From: Pseudovirgaria hyperparasitica
Lineage: Eukaryota
Length of the DNA: 64,000 nucleotides
Assembly: GCA_010093815.1 (NCBI GenBank)
Contig: ML996566.1
Strand: one strand, 5' to 3'
The first letter of the stretch is position 1. The number at the start of each line of letters is the position of its first letter. Made by a program: the position numbers and the translations under genes. Below the pieces are notes generated by a model that was not told where the DNA came from, searched no databases, and was given only the letters and a program-made list of their open reading frames with translations. Below, one piece after another: positions 35,880-48,802 of this stretch.

Positions 35880-37694
35880 TCAAGTTACGGAGGCGAAAGT
35901 CCTCCTGGCGGTCCGGTCATACCATGGTGATGTATTCACCTGCATGCTTGAAGTTCGCACAGTAATGTTCCGTGCTTCCAAATCTATACCGTCTAAGCTT
36001 CTTCGTTTGGATACCTGTCTTGAATCATGCCACTCTTGTACGCGAGGCGCAACGTCACGCACTCTCCATCTCTTCTTTGGATCCTCTGCCATGAGGTCTT
36101 CGACAAACTTGAGCGCATGTCTCTCCGCTGTAGTCGAGTCTTTATTCATGCGTAGTCGATTAAAAAAGTCATTCCTGATAAGATCCATATTCGCATGGAA
36201 GCTAAGACCAGAACCATTTTTCCGGCGCCAGTTGTCAAAGGTATCTAAGGAATAGCCCCTAAGGACAGCTAACATGCAGAGAAATACACAACCGAGTGAA
36301 AATGCATCGGCAAGGCGAGTCGATTTTCTCTCTTGATTCCTGATGACTTCTGGTGCAGCGTACACAAAAGACGGGTCTGCTGCATGTGACTTTGCTGGTG
36401 AGTCTTCTAGCTCGTCTCCAACGCCAAAAACCGAAAGCACCACTCTACTTCCATAGATAAGTATCTTTTGGGGTCTGATACTGCGATGAGTGATCTTCCG
36501 AGGGGGCGAATGAATGAAAGCAACGGCTTGTATGATATCGTTGACCCAGCTCAGAAGTTGGCGAGATGTAGTGGCGTCTGGTATTCGTTGGATGGGGCGC
36601 AGAAAATCATCCAAGTTGCATTGTGCTGGCATCGTGATGAACGCTACTGTAGATCTTTCAGCGTAAGAACACAATATCTTGGCCAAATTCGGATGATCAA
36701 ATCGGTTGAAAGACAAGATCTGTTTTACGAGACTTTCTTGTTGAGTAGGTCGAAGTTCACGGTAGCTCTTGCGAACGTAGACTATACTCTCAGATTCACC
36801 CAGCCATGACACCCGATCAACGACTTGACCAGGGCTTTCCGAGTCCTTGACTATGCCCTGGCTCAAGATAGGAGTTCTCTCATTCTTCTTAAACTCAAAG
36901 TGCTGTCCATTACGCGGTAGCTTCCTGGCCATCACCCGCCATTGCGTCTCAACTATCTTCTTTGGCTTTGCTGCAATTCGTTCCAAGTCTTCTTCCTGGA
37001 AAGGAAGTTGGTCGTCTGTCAACATGTAGAATGAAGCCCTCGGAAAAGCTGCAACATCTTCGCACATCAAAAACAGCAATGCAACGAATGGGTTTCGGCA
37101 GGCCCAATTGTAAGCATTATTCTTACTCTCCTGCGATACGCCAACCCGCACAAGCAGCGACGGATAGTGATGCAAGAAAGACTGCGCCATATGCTTCGTA
37201 ATCACTGTGCGCTCCAGTGATTGCAAGTCGAGCAGGTACGCATTCTGGCGATTCTGACTAGGGGTGGACGATGTAGGATATTCGAAAACCCTCTGGATGG
37301 GCTCCGGACTCGAGACGCCATAGTTTGAATTATTGAAGCCAGCTATCGCATTGTTTGGTCGGAGCGGCTGCGGAGCCTGCACAGGAGTTGTCGAACGACT
37401 CGTGTATTGAGGGGTTCGAGATTCAGGAGTGCCGCCCGAAGGCGACCTCTTTGCAGCCGTGTAAGCAAACCACGGGTTAGACGAGTGCGAGGGCTGAGGA
37501 GATTTGACAGTAGGGGTCGACTGCGGCGTCCACGAAGACATGGGCGACTGAGCATATTGAGTAGGAGTTATGCTACGGCTGGTCGAAGACGTTGATGCAC
37601 TAGACGAGGATTGGGGACGTGGACTTTCTTCCCACCCACCAGAAAGGTCTAGCAGCGACGGCGCTGAATGCAGGTTTGGATACCGGTTAGCCAT
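35880..37694 (-). CDS. Protein-kinase-fold protein, probable pseudokinase
   Basis: Probable ATG 37694; Ser/Pro-rich N-terminus. Kinase subdomains HPNLAKI, ITHRSIRPQKILI, VFG, YAAPE, ADAFSLGCVF, DPKKR. Confidence 0.8.
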   Translation of the reverse strand: MANRYPNLHSAPSLLDLSGGWEESPRPQSSSSASTSSTSRSITPTQYAQSPMSSWTPQSTPTVKSPQPSHSSNPWFAYTAAKRSPSGGTPESRTPQYTSRSTTPVQAPQPLRPNNAIAGFNNSNYGVSSPEPIQRVFEYPTSSTPSQNRQNAYLLDLQSLERTVITKHMAQSFLHHYPSLLVRVGVSQESKNNAYNWACRNPFVALLFLMCEDVAAFPRASFYMLTDDQLPFQEEDLERIAAKPKKIVETQWRVMARKLPRNGQHFEFKKNERTPILSQGIVKDSESPGQVVDRVSWLGESESIVYVRKSYRELRPTQQESLVKQILSFNRFDHPNLAKILCSYAERSTVAFITMPAQCNLDDFLRPIQRIPDATTSRQLLSWVNDIIQAVAFIHSPPRKITHRSIRPQKILIYGSRVVLSVFGVGDELEDSPAKSHAADPSFVYAAPEVIRNQERKSTRLADAFSLGCVFLCMLAVLRGYSLDTFDNWRRKNGSGLSFHANMDLIRNDFFNRLRMNKDSTTAERHALKFVEDLMAEDPKKRWRVRDVAPRVQEWHDSRQVSKRRSLDGIDLEARNITVRTSSMQVNTSPWYDRTARRTFASVT

Positions 37695-38097
37695 CTGATC
37701 TAAGCGTGACTGGATTTCCAAGCCCAACAGCAGTTCCAAGCAACAGTGGATGCTTGTGAGAAGAATCGACGCCTGTTCTGCATCTGTTGGACAGGGGTAG
37801 AGCAAGTGTCGATATCAAGTCATGGTATGTTAGATCCAGAAGTTGGCGATCACGTGGACAGATATGCCCTATACTCCAGAGAGTCTGGCACAGATAGCAC
37901 AGAGAAGAGACGATCGAGGAAATAAGAATGGTGGAGGAGACAAGACGATCGTTTGTGCGGCGATCGAGGGGGGTATGGTGGAGGAAGAGATGGCTGCGGG
38001 ATGCAGGTCCGGCGACGATGAACACGACGGAGGAATGAACGGCATCTTCAGTGTTCAGTCGAGGAGAGAGATCAAGCGTCTGATGTGTTGGCACCTA

Positions 38098-38130
38098 AGA
38101 GCATGAGCATGAGCGTGAGCATGAGCATGC
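38098..38130. repeat. (GCATGA)n hexamer microsatellite
   Basis: gagcatgagcatgagcgtgagcatgagcatg. Confidence 0.7.
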
Positions 38131-39384
38131 AGGCGTTGGTGCATGAAGGTGGTCTTTGTCGTCATTAGGGACGGCGAGGGTGAGCGAGTATGGAGGCAGC
38201 ACGAAGCTCGACCCTGGTGAGTTAGCGGCCGAATTGTACACATGGCAGCTCCAGACTCGCGCTCGCCCTCATCGCATTCTGCTCTCGTTCCCCCATCTGT
38301 CCTGCACCACCGCATCACCATCCTCTATTTTGCTTGTGTTCGGTCCGAATGGGAAACGCGTTCCTGAGCGATGCATCCGCCTTCGATTATTACGGCCCAA
38401 AGGCGACCGACACTATCGCCTCTTACGATGACAGATAGCTAGCGCGGGCATGATAGACCGAGTCGGCTGCCTGGCCCATCTCAGATCCACCAGAGGCCGG
38501 TAGACACATAAGAAAAGAGGAGGACGTTGATATTGGCCTCATACCACGTTCCGAGTCGCTCGTTTCCGCCATCAGCAAACAATATTAGCTGTCAAATCTG
38601 ATCTCTAATATCCGAGAAGTTGGCCTTCTGCAGGCGGATCTGTGGGCCTCGTTGTCGGCCAGCAAGCGCCGGCGGCCAACAGAACCACTGGGGGGCTTCC
38701 TGCGAGTCATGCGATGGGCAATGATAATGATTAAGCCACTCAGTAGGCGTCATGTCTGTGATAACAGCAGCAGCCGTGCTGTAGATACGGTAGGTAGGCG
38801 GTGAGGACGTTCAAAGTATCAGGTTGCGCTGCTTGAGGGACGAATGGTAGGAGAATTGGTAGGAGAATGAAGAGTGAGACAAAAGGTGTCGCCAGGGCTG
38901 TTGGGGCTCATCGCCTGGACGCGTCTGATTGGCTGCAACTGGCCGCCCTATACCATTGTCCAAACCTCCTCCACTTGTTGACTACTCTTAGGCGCTTCAA
39001 CTGTCTCACTCTATTCACATCTTTCTGTAGCGCTGAGGTCTTGATGAGCCTCTTTTCTTTTCTTCAAGCAAAGTGGCGCATGTGGATTCTCCACCGTCAG
39101 CAGCGGGAGCCGCCTTCTATCCTGTTCTGGGATAATCACTCGATCATGCATCACGCTCACAGATCCTTCGTCGCAGTCCCCTGTCATCGCCATTTATGCT
39201 TTCACGACTCTGCGCCAGAGATATTGCCTTCTCTGTGTTTGTAAACTCGTCTGGAACTGTTTCTTGTCTCGGTCGCCTGTCAAGTACCCTCTCTTCATCA
39301 TACTGCTCATCGCTAGGCTGGCACTGGCTGATGTGCTTTGTTGCGTCTCGTCTTTCATGCGGGCCGATTCCCTCTATCTCCTCA

Positions 39385-39410
39385 CATTCTCATTCTCATT
39401 CTCATTCTCA
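39385..39410. repeat. (CATTCT)n hexamer microsatellite
   Basis: cattctcattctcattctcattctc. Confidence 0.7.
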
Positions 39411-39587
39411 GCTTTTCATTTTACATTCTAATCACTCGGCATTTTTGCTGAGCGCCGTTCTTTTCGTGCATCACTGCGCTGCTGTGCAGCTTTGCAGTCG
39501 ATTTCGTTAGCTTCGCCTCTAATTTTTTAACTACACTATTAATTGGTCCAACTCCACAAGCACGGCGCGTACCACCAACAAATCACG

Positions 39588-40697
39588 ATGCGGCTCTGGT
39601 CATCTATTCTCCGTGGCTTGCTGCTTACCTCGCAGGCTGCGCAAGTGTCTACCAGCAGTATACATGAGGCAGGATTCCTCTCTTCCAATTTCCTTCGAAC
39701 TAGAGGCGAGGACATCGAAGCACATCTCCGCCAACATGCAAACGATAGAATCAGGAGCATGCAACGAAGACAGACACCTTCAGCAATCGCAGGAGCTCCA
39801 GGACCTTCACTTAGCCCGGCTTCTGGAGATGCATCCAACTTTGACCTGAACGCGTGGCAAGCGCAGACACAAGCCGCTTGCATGAATTCAATAGCCGCAC
39901 TTAACGGGCAGGCCTCAAACCCAAGTGGCATGGCCGTATGCTACAATCTTCCTTTCCTCGACAACAGTACCGGTGTCTTCCAGGCAGAGTTGCGACTGTA
40001 CAACGTGTCTGCTCCGGTCGATACGTGGAAAGGTGTGACGGAGAACGATATCAGCTTGGAGTTGGCATACACTGGAGCTACAGTTCAAGCTACGAATGAT
40101 ACGTTCGCCAAACGTGACACTACATTGTCATGGCCTCCGGTCCGTGCGAGACTCGTATTGAAGCACGTGGCAACGACGAAGCTCGAGGCCAGACAGGACG
40201 CTTCTAGCACAAAGGAGCTGCAGGTGTTGAACTATGTCGGTCGAGTGAATGCTAACTTGTTGGGCAGTGCCATGTCCAAGTAGGTTTTTACAGCCACTCA
40301 TTCAATCGCGCTGTGTCTGACAATCTATAGTCCTCGACTACAACAGTTCCTCGTACCGACGATCCGTCTGACAGCGACCTCACCAAGTACAAACGAACAG
40401 GTCAACACAGTTCTCTCTTCAAGCGAAGCATCCTTTGTCAACGGAGTCTTCTCCCAAGCAGCCGTGAGTAGCCCAGACTCGGCCGCCCAAGCATCCGCAT
40501 CCGCGGCTGCAGCCATACCCTTCGTGTTACCAGGCGTTACCTTTGGAATCTTCCCTGTCGGCTTCATCATCACCATGTCCTGGACAGTCCTTTTCGTCGC
40601 AGTCGTCGGCTATGGAACCTGGGGCAGATATCAGTTTCGAGAGCATTACCGGAGAAGGGTCAAGAGGGATCAGGCCATCGCGCTCAACAACATATGA
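39588..40697 (+). CDS. Secretory-pathway membrane protein of unknown function (signal peptide, C-terminal TM)
   Basis: MRLWSSILRGLLLTSQAA signal-like start; ASNPSGMAVCYNLPFLDNSTGVFQAELRLY; intron ~40280-40330; FVLPGVTFGIFPVGFIITMSWTVLFVAVVGYGT TM followed by basic RYQFREHYRRR. Confidence 0.8.
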
Positions 40698-41176
40698 TCG
40701 ATTTCCCAGACGATCATCATTTTCAGTATTATCATATATCATATCTGTAGCATTTAGCGATCATAAATCAGTCTTTTTTTTCCCCTTTGAAATCCGCTTC
40801 AAAGTCGTCTTACATGCTGCTACGCTTGAGACCCTGATCCTCTCTCATGACACTGTGCCGATACTTTTCTGAAATCTACGGTCAACTCCTGGTCTCATAC
40901 CACTTCGCACAGATACAGCTTTGTTAAGTATGAGCTGCAAAGTGCAGCAGCTCCGTATGGCTCTGCTCTGTCTTGCTCTAGTACTATCTCCAGAGGAGCA
41001 GCATATCATAACAACCCACACACTTCACCTACAACCACAGCCGTGCTCCATGTCGAAACATACTCTCCTAACTAGTAGATATACACCTTTCTATCTAGTG
41101 TGACAGATCGATGTCCGTGACCCTAGACACCTACACATAATGCTATAGTTGTTACCCATTATACTAAAAAAATGCC

Positions 41177-41405
41177 AATTCACTTTTCCCAACTATAAAG
41201 CTCACGAAGTTCCACGATCGTCATTATCTATTGGAATTACCTATTCCATTAGATAAGAATACAAAGTAATTGGCTCGTAGGGTTATCATTCATCTAATTC
41301 ACTTTTTCCATAACTATAAAGCGCACGAAGTTCTACCATAGTCATTATCTATTAGAACTACCTATTTCATATAATAAGAGCATAAGGTGATTAGCTAGTA
41401 GGGTT
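41177..41405. repeat. Diverged AT-rich tandem duplication, period ~119 bp
   Basis: Copy 1 at 41177-41284 and copy 2 at 41296-41405 share aattcactttt, aactataaagc, cacgaagttc, gtcattatctatt, acctatt, ataaga, gtagggtt. Confidence 0.8.
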
Positions 41406-41862
41406 CTTGTTATTTCCTGTTACCTTTCACTTATAGGATTCTACTTTGTTCAAGTAGTATAATAGACACAAAGTATTGTTATTATCATTGTTATCACGTC
41501 ATGTTATGTCATGTCATGTCATATCATGACCAGAAGTAATCTAGTTCACTTCTTTTTTAAACACAGAGCCCCACTTTTTCCCCCGCGAGAATTCGACCAC
41601 GAAGTACCACGACCAAGTCAATCTAAGAATTACCTCTTCTGTTAAGAGGGGGCCCGTGAGGCCAATGGTTGTTGTCAGAGTCGTCGTTCACCACCACTAC
41701 CAACCACCACCACTTTGGCACGGCGGGTCGTCTGAAGATTTATTGGCATAGTGTTTACAAGCACGACGTCAACGTCAACGACTATAGTACAGGGAGTATA
41801 CTGCTAGACTACAAAGCAGCTGCGATGAAGCAAAGCACGAGGACCGCTCAAAAAAAAAGGTT

Positions 41863-43084
41863 CTATAACATCTTCAAAAGCATCTTGATCAGCTTCACCT
41901 TGTCGTCATCATCATCGTCGTCATCATCGTCGTGATCATGGTGTTTGACCGCTGGACTTTTATGTCTGCAAATAACACGTATCAGCGGAGAGAAAGAAAC
42001 TAGGAGAGCAAAAGTAGCGGTTGCCAAAAACTTACGCGAAGAACAGGATCTTGATGGCAATGGCAAGACCGGCATGCAGGGCAATCACGACGATCAGCAG
42101 TATCTTCGATGTCCGCATGTCCGTTGCGCTGAGCATCGGGTAGAGGTTGCGGAAGAGGAAGAGTGCGGAGACGGCAAAGCCGACGCCGACGAAGACGAAG
42201 TTGAGGACTAGGGAGTGGGGGCAACGCATTAGTATCTGATCTTCCATTGAATAATAACGTGGTTTGGGAGTGAGTTCCAATCTTACTGTCGATGTGCGAC
42301 CACGAGATGAACGCGACGGGTATCCAGATGATGTTCGCATATCCATAGAGAGCCCAACACTCCATCAAGTTCGCCGACTCGCTACCAAACCACTTCAGCG
42401 TCCCGAACAGCGCAACAGGTATCACACTCGTGTATCCGTATATCAGCCCGGCAGCACCTATGTTCTAAGTATCAGTACCAAAACTCGTGTTTCCAAGACT
42501 GTCCTTATTGATTGCCCAAATCACATACCACTCAGCAGTTTGAAATCATAATTGAAATGCACCTTGTCATCGTGCGCCATGTACTTGTTGATCGTGCCGG
42601 AGAGGAACAAGATGACCACCACCGTCGTCGCGATCCAGAACGGACCATACAGATCCGGATTCCCCTCGAGCACATCGAGGAAGTTTGCGCGCGGGAATAC
42701 CGCCGTATAGCAGCGCTTCAGGACTTCATTTGTGTCGACGTCGAAGAACTGTTGGTAGAAGGAGATGCTCCACAGGAAGCGCTTGCCGGTGTTGCGTGAC
42801 GATGGGCCTCCAGGCAGGAAGCTGGAGTTGCCGTCCGGCGCGATCTTGTGACGGTTGGAGGAGGTATCGTCGAAGTCTAGAGGGAACGCTGGTAAGCATG
42901 GAGCGGTACAGAATGAGTACGCTCATCATACTGGAGGAGTGGAACTCAAGAGGGTCCTCTTGCAGGTCGGTATGGCCTAGGTCGCCCTGTATGTCTGTTA
43001 ACGGTTTCGCTTATCTGTCATATGAAAGAGCTTTAATACCTCTGCATCAACGTCAACGACCACATCGTATCCTCGATTCGCCAT
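41863..43084 (-). CDS. Yip1-domain protein (YIPF1/2-like)
   Basis: MANRGYDVVVDVDAE|GDLGHTDLQED, LWSISFYQQFFDVDT, NPDLYGPFWIATTVV, LMECWALYGYAN, LHAGLAIAIKILFF; Asp-rich tail; several introns. Confidence 0.88.
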
Positions 43085-43438
43085 CGTGGGACTGTGCGTA
43101 GGAAACTTGGTGCTGGAGAGCTTGACTTGATGCTTGAAGACAGATTGGAGCTAACACAGTTCGGACACCCTGGCTGTAATAACGCACGGACCATTCCACT
43201 CCCATGAGCATGGTTTCACGTCTGGCATCATCACATTGCGTATTCTTGGCTAAATCAACGCAGATAAGACTGATGACACTTGTGATCCTTGCTAAAGAAT
43301 CCACATTTATTTCTAAGCTATCAGGTAACGATCTCCAGCTGTCATCTTCATTTAGGACTATCAGAGTCAATCCAATCGTCGTGCCCTCTACCGCCTTCAG
43401 CAGATCTATGTTATCTCCTGATACATCTATTTCGTTCC

Positions 43439-46400
43439 TCAAGCACCATTCTCCTTTGGTACGAGAGGCTCAACATTCCAAATCATCTCCGCATATTCAT
43501 CAATGCATCTATCAGAAGAGAAGAAACCCATTCGTGCAACGCTGGTGATGCACTTCGTAAGCCATTCTTCCTGGTTCTTGTACGCCTCATCGATAAGATC
43601 GTGGGTCTGGCAGTAAGAAGCAAAGTCATCAGAGACGAGATAGTAGTCGCCGTGGTCAACGATACCGTTGACGAGAGCCGAGAAGGCGTTGGCGTCTCCA
43701 AACATGCCGCCACGGATGGCTTCAAAGACCTTGTTAAGGCCAGAATCAAGGGTATACTCGCCATAAAGATGAGCGTGACGCAGCTCGTCAACATCTTCAG
43801 CGAGGTTTCCGAATAGGAAGATATTGTTCTCTCCAATCTCACGGGTGATTTCGATCTGACAATGGGTTAGTCTCAAGTCTCGAATAGTGAAATGATGGGA
43901 ACTCACGTTAGCACCGTCACAAGTACCGATGATGAGGCCACCGTTCAGTACAAACTTCATGTTACTCGTACCAGAAGCTTCTGTACCAGCGGTTGAAATG
44001 TGTTCACTAATGTCAGAGGCTGGGCAGATGATCTCAGCCTTGCTGACGTTGTAGTCCTCAAGGAAGATGACCTTGAGAAGATCACCAACATCCTTGTCAT
44101 TATTGACAACCTTACCAACTTGATTAATGAGGTGGATGACTGTCTTAGCCATCCAGTATCCTGGAGCGGCTTTGCCACCGAAGATTGAAACGCGAGGCGC
44201 TAACTTCTTCCGTTCCTCTGGGGACATCTCCTTGATGGCAAGGTAGCGGTGAATGACACCAAAGATGTTCAGCTGTTGTCGCTTATACTCATGTATACGC
44301 TTGACCTGGATATCGAAGAGCGCTGCGGGGTTCACAGTAACACCATTGGCATCCTTGATCAGTTTCGCCAGACGAACTTTGTTGGCGTACTTGATCTCTG
44401 ACCACTCTTTTCGGAAGTCTTTGTCATCAACGAACGACTCGAGCTTGTGAAGACCTGTGAGATCTTTCAGGAAACCGTGGCCTCCAAGTTTCGAGGCGAT
44501 GAGCTCAGAGAGTTTGGGGTTGGCCTGGTGAAGCCATCTGCGAGGAGTAATTCCATTCGTGACGTTGGTGAATTTGTCAGGACCGTAGATCTTTACAAAG
44601 TCCTTGAAAATGGTGGTCTTGATCAGATCGGAATGAAGCTCAGCAACACCGTTGACCTTGTGGGAACCCACAATGGCGATATGCGCCATGCGAACCATCT
44701 TGGGTTGCGACTCCTCGATAATTGAAACACGTCCCAGCATTTCGCGGTCCTTGGGGAAGTTGCGCTCGACATACTGGAGGAAGAAAAGGTTGATCTCGTA
44801 GATGATCTGGAGGTGGCGAGGTAGAAGGTGTTGCATCAGTGGAACTGACCATTTCTCTAGTGCTTCGGGAAGAACAGTGTGGTTAGTGTAGCCGAAGGTG
44901 TTTTGAACGACTATTTGAGTCAGCTTATTCTCACGCATATCAATTATCGACTATACTGACTGTTCCATGCTTCGTCCCACTCGAGACCTTCCTGGTCAAC
45001 AAGGATGCGCTGAAGCTCAACGATAGCGAGAGTTGGGTGAGTATCGTTGAGCTGGATGGCGACCTGGCTGGAGAAATCGGCCCAAGCGCGCTTGGTCTTC
45101 TTGAATCGTCGGACGATGTCGTAGAGCGAGGCCGCGCACCAGAAGTACTGCTGCTTCAGGCGTAATTCCTTTCCGCGGTCGAGGCTGAAAATGTCAGTTT
45201 CCAGCACGTATAATACTCCAGAGAATAGTCGCTCACTTGTCGTTAGGATACAGCACAGCCGAGATGGTCTCGGCACGTTGCTGATCAGCTACAGAGCTCT
45301 CATATTCGCCAGAGTTGAACTTTTGGAAGTCAAACTCGCCACTCGCGGCCTTGCTACCCCACAGTCTCAAGTTGTTACAAGTCGGGGTATCGTATCCGGG
45401 CACTATGGCGTTCAGCAATTGTTGACGCAGAAAGTTCAACACGTACCTGGAACATCGTACGCTACAGCCTGCACGATCTCACCGCCTTCCCATTGAGTAA
45501 TGGTCTTGCCAGTATCGTCCCTGCATAGCAGTAAGTACAGTGATGTCTTAGAATGGTTGGTGTACCTACTGGAACCTGTTTACGTGGCCGTAGAATTGGA
45601 TATCCACGGTGATGTCGTGGCGGGGAAATTCCCATGGGTTGAAGTCAAGCCAGTAGTCTGGAACTTCGACCTGGTAGCCATCCACGATCTCTTGCTTGAA
45701 GATACCATATCTGTATCTTAGTCCGTATCCCCAGGCTGGGTAGTTGAGAGAGGCCATGCTGTCCAAGAAACAGGCCGCAAGACGACCAAGACCACCGTTG
45801 CCAAGAGCTGCATCGTGCTCTTGTTGAATGACATCTTCTATACGGAAGCCGATATCTGCGAGACCCTCTGATACCATTGTCAGTATTGGACCACTACGGG
45901 CGAGGGCTCTCTATCTTACGTCTTGCCGTCTCCTTTTGTCCAACGTTCAACATAGCATTGTCAAGGGCTCGTCCCATCAGAAACTCGAGCGACAGGTCTA
46001 TATGCATGGTCAGAGTTTGTGCTTCTTCGGGAATCCTCAACATACAGTAGACACGCTTCTGGTCCGCGAAGGTCTGGTTCTGCTGAGTCTTGTTCCAGTC
46101 TAGGACTAGACGGTCTCTGAAGGCGAGGGCTGTGCCCGAGTATGCTGCACTGATTCTTTATGAGTGGTTATCCGTAACAGGTAGGGAAGTGAGAGGTACG
46201 TTTCATCGCAGTTGAAGAGGGAGCGAGCGAGGGTAGTCTCGATATGACGAACAGCCTCTTTCTGCGAGCAATCAGTTTTGGTTCATGACAGATTACAAGG
46301 AAGATGTCTCTACTTACACTAAACTCGTCCGGGCTCGTAAACGGCTTGGGTGTCTGTTATGTTGCTCAGCATCGTAGCTCGTTGTCATCATGTCTCTCAA

Positions 46401-46663
46401 ATGCTCACGAATTTCTTCCATCTGTGATTTAGAATAAGCAATTGCATGCGGTATGATATATTCACGACTTACGCTTCACGCTGGGGTTCTGGAATTGAAG
46501 CTTCAACGCTTTTGATATCACTGGGACCAAAGCCAGTGACCGTTCTCTTGTGCTTGGGTCTGGTAAAGCCTGGGCCGACGGGACCAGTGATATTTGAAAT
46601 TGGAGCACTCATGGAGGGCTTCCTCTCGCGAATTGGGCGTGATGTAGTATCGATATCAGCCAT
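43439..46663 (-). CDS. GPH1: Glycogen phosphorylase
   Basis: HKRTVTGF phosphosite region, [49 protein letters not shown] (PLP lysine). Many introns, including a 13-nt exon at 46421-46409. Confidence 0.98.
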
Positions 46664-47780
46664 GTTGACGGTTGACAGCTGTTCAGAGTAAATGCGATTT
46701 ACAGCTGGCAGGGGAAGCCGACTCAGAGGATTCACACAAAGGTATTGATTGCCAAGCAGAGAGGCGCGCGGCGCAGGCAGTCACACAACGCTGAGAATGG
46801 GAATGTGAAGAAGACAGAAGGTTTAACGGGGTCAAAGCAGGATTATAAGCAAAGAGCTCGAATGTAAGATCGTAGATATTGGAGTGAATCGGGCGTGTCT
46901 ATGGAGTCTTGAAGCTTAGGTGGGGTGAGAGCGAGGCGTTGAGAAGCTATTGGAGCAATTGCTGGAGCTAAACAACCAGCGCAGGGATCTCTGACGCTGT
47001 GCTAATCTGGGGCTTGGGGCACGGAGTGGAGAAGGCCAAGTATCGTTTTGTCTTGCTCCCGGTCGCTCTGGGCCTGTCCTAGTCCGTCGTGAAGGTAATT
47101 CTCCTCTCAACACAATATTGTCTCCATCTGGCTTTTATTGCATGTACTGTGCTGGACATATCGAAATGGCTGTAAATAGCAACATGGAAGGAGAAAGGAG
47201 GAATGTAGACTCATATCGTGACACGAAATCCGACCGTGATTGTGCACGAGAACTGTACTGGCCAGCCGTTTTATGCACGACGCACTGCTTTTCGGCGTTT
47301 AGCAGGTGGGGTACATTGGTGTCTCCTTACCCCTCCATATTAGTGGCCCGTGCACGCAAATCGCGGGGCATCAGACATGAAAATGTTGGAAACCTGTACT
47401 ATAGATATATGGGGTTTTCGAACCTTGACCGTCTTTTCTGTAAAATAGGTTGCAGGCGTGCCACCAGTCAACACATTACTTGTCACCATATATACAGATG
47501 AGCACACAATAGTAGCTTCTCTAGCTTCGTTAATTGCTTCGACTGTCTCCTATGGAGGCCAGAAGTTGGCGGTTCCCCAGTTCGCACTCTGACGTGCATG
47601 CACATCCACGCCAATGAAAACTGCTCGACCGGGTATCATATGCTCCAGGAGAACAAATACGCTATGCAGCGAGAGTACGAGCACGACTCTGACCACAGAT
47701 TAGGGGGACAACTCCAAAGCGCCTTGCTTGATGTAAACAACATCCAAAACATGTAATATCCAAAAATTTTCCATGCAGAC

Positions 47781-48802
47781 TCACGACGATGGTGTAAGTC
47801 CTGGCGTCAGGAGGCCAAACTCCTCCACGGCTCTCTGTGGCGGCGTCGACGGAGTGAACGAGGCCGCCTTCGGTATGGGCAAGTATGTCGAGCCCAGACA
47901 CGTATTGCAGGTTCCTGCCCTGAGCATATCCTCCTTCGTCTCCTCCACCATGTCCGGCGTGAAGCCATGCAGGCCGTAGCCGATGTGCAGCAACAGACAG
48001 CGCGACGTGAGATTGAGTTGCTGTGCTGTGACACTGCTCTGCGCCACCACGCCGGTCCAGTACGATGCCAGGAGGTGGTCGTCGGCAAGGTAAGAGGTGG
48101 CCAGGGCGAGGGACGCCAGGACGAGGATCTCTGGGCTTGACGGCATGGCGATGTGCGCGGCCGCGAAGGCTTCCCGGATCTTGCGACTGAACTTGAGGCT
48201 GAGTGAGTCCAACACACAGCCGGCGAGAGCGATGGTCTCGAGTGGCAGCATGCACCGTTGGAGATAGGATTGGATGGCTGATGGCGAGGGGCGGTGAAGG
48301 CAGACGCCTGACGGAATAAGGTTGGCGAGGTGGAGGGATGGGCCTAAAAAATGAATGTTAGCGAAGAAAGAAGAAGATAATGAACAAAACGAGTGACGTA
48401 TAGACCGCGATACGGGTATGGTATACGCAGTATGCTCCATGCTTCATGGAACAGACATCACTTAGCACACATGGCCTTTACTACGCGATGTATTTGTCAC
48501 GATCGATCACAGCACCAAGAGACTATGAAGTTTGAATAGTCCGATATCCTCCGCTCTAGGAACAAATGGCCGAATCGATGAAAAAAAAGAGCATGTTTCT
48601 TACCATAGTATGAGTCTCTCAGCCTCTCAGAACCATAGCCTTGCCTCGTGTTCCTACAGCCTTCTTCTCCGTCCGACCCAACTGGTTCAGGAGGAGTCGG
48701 TAAACTGGAAAGCGGTACATAATTCGCAAAGTAGTCGTCCAGTCCTTCCATCGAATCCATCGAGGCTCGCCGGCTGGCAGTCGAAGAGGGCGGACTGTCC
48801 AT
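47781..48802 (-). CDS. Cyclin-box-like hypothetical protein
   Basis: Exon 1 48802-48604 (YVPLSSLPTPP), intron 48603-48344, exon 2 LPLETIALAGCVLDSL...EILVLASLALATSYLADD...LLHIGYGLH. Resembles a Pcl/Clg1-type cyclin fold. Confidence 0.6.

Noticed and set aside
41177..41405. CRISPR-like array
   Set aside because: Eukaryotic context, and only two diverged units without a repeat-spacer structure.
10791..43084. Functional clustering of trafficking genes (PGA2, SEC31, SEC6, Yip1)
   Set aside because: Spread over 32 kb among unrelated genes with no shared motif seen; chance is sufficient.
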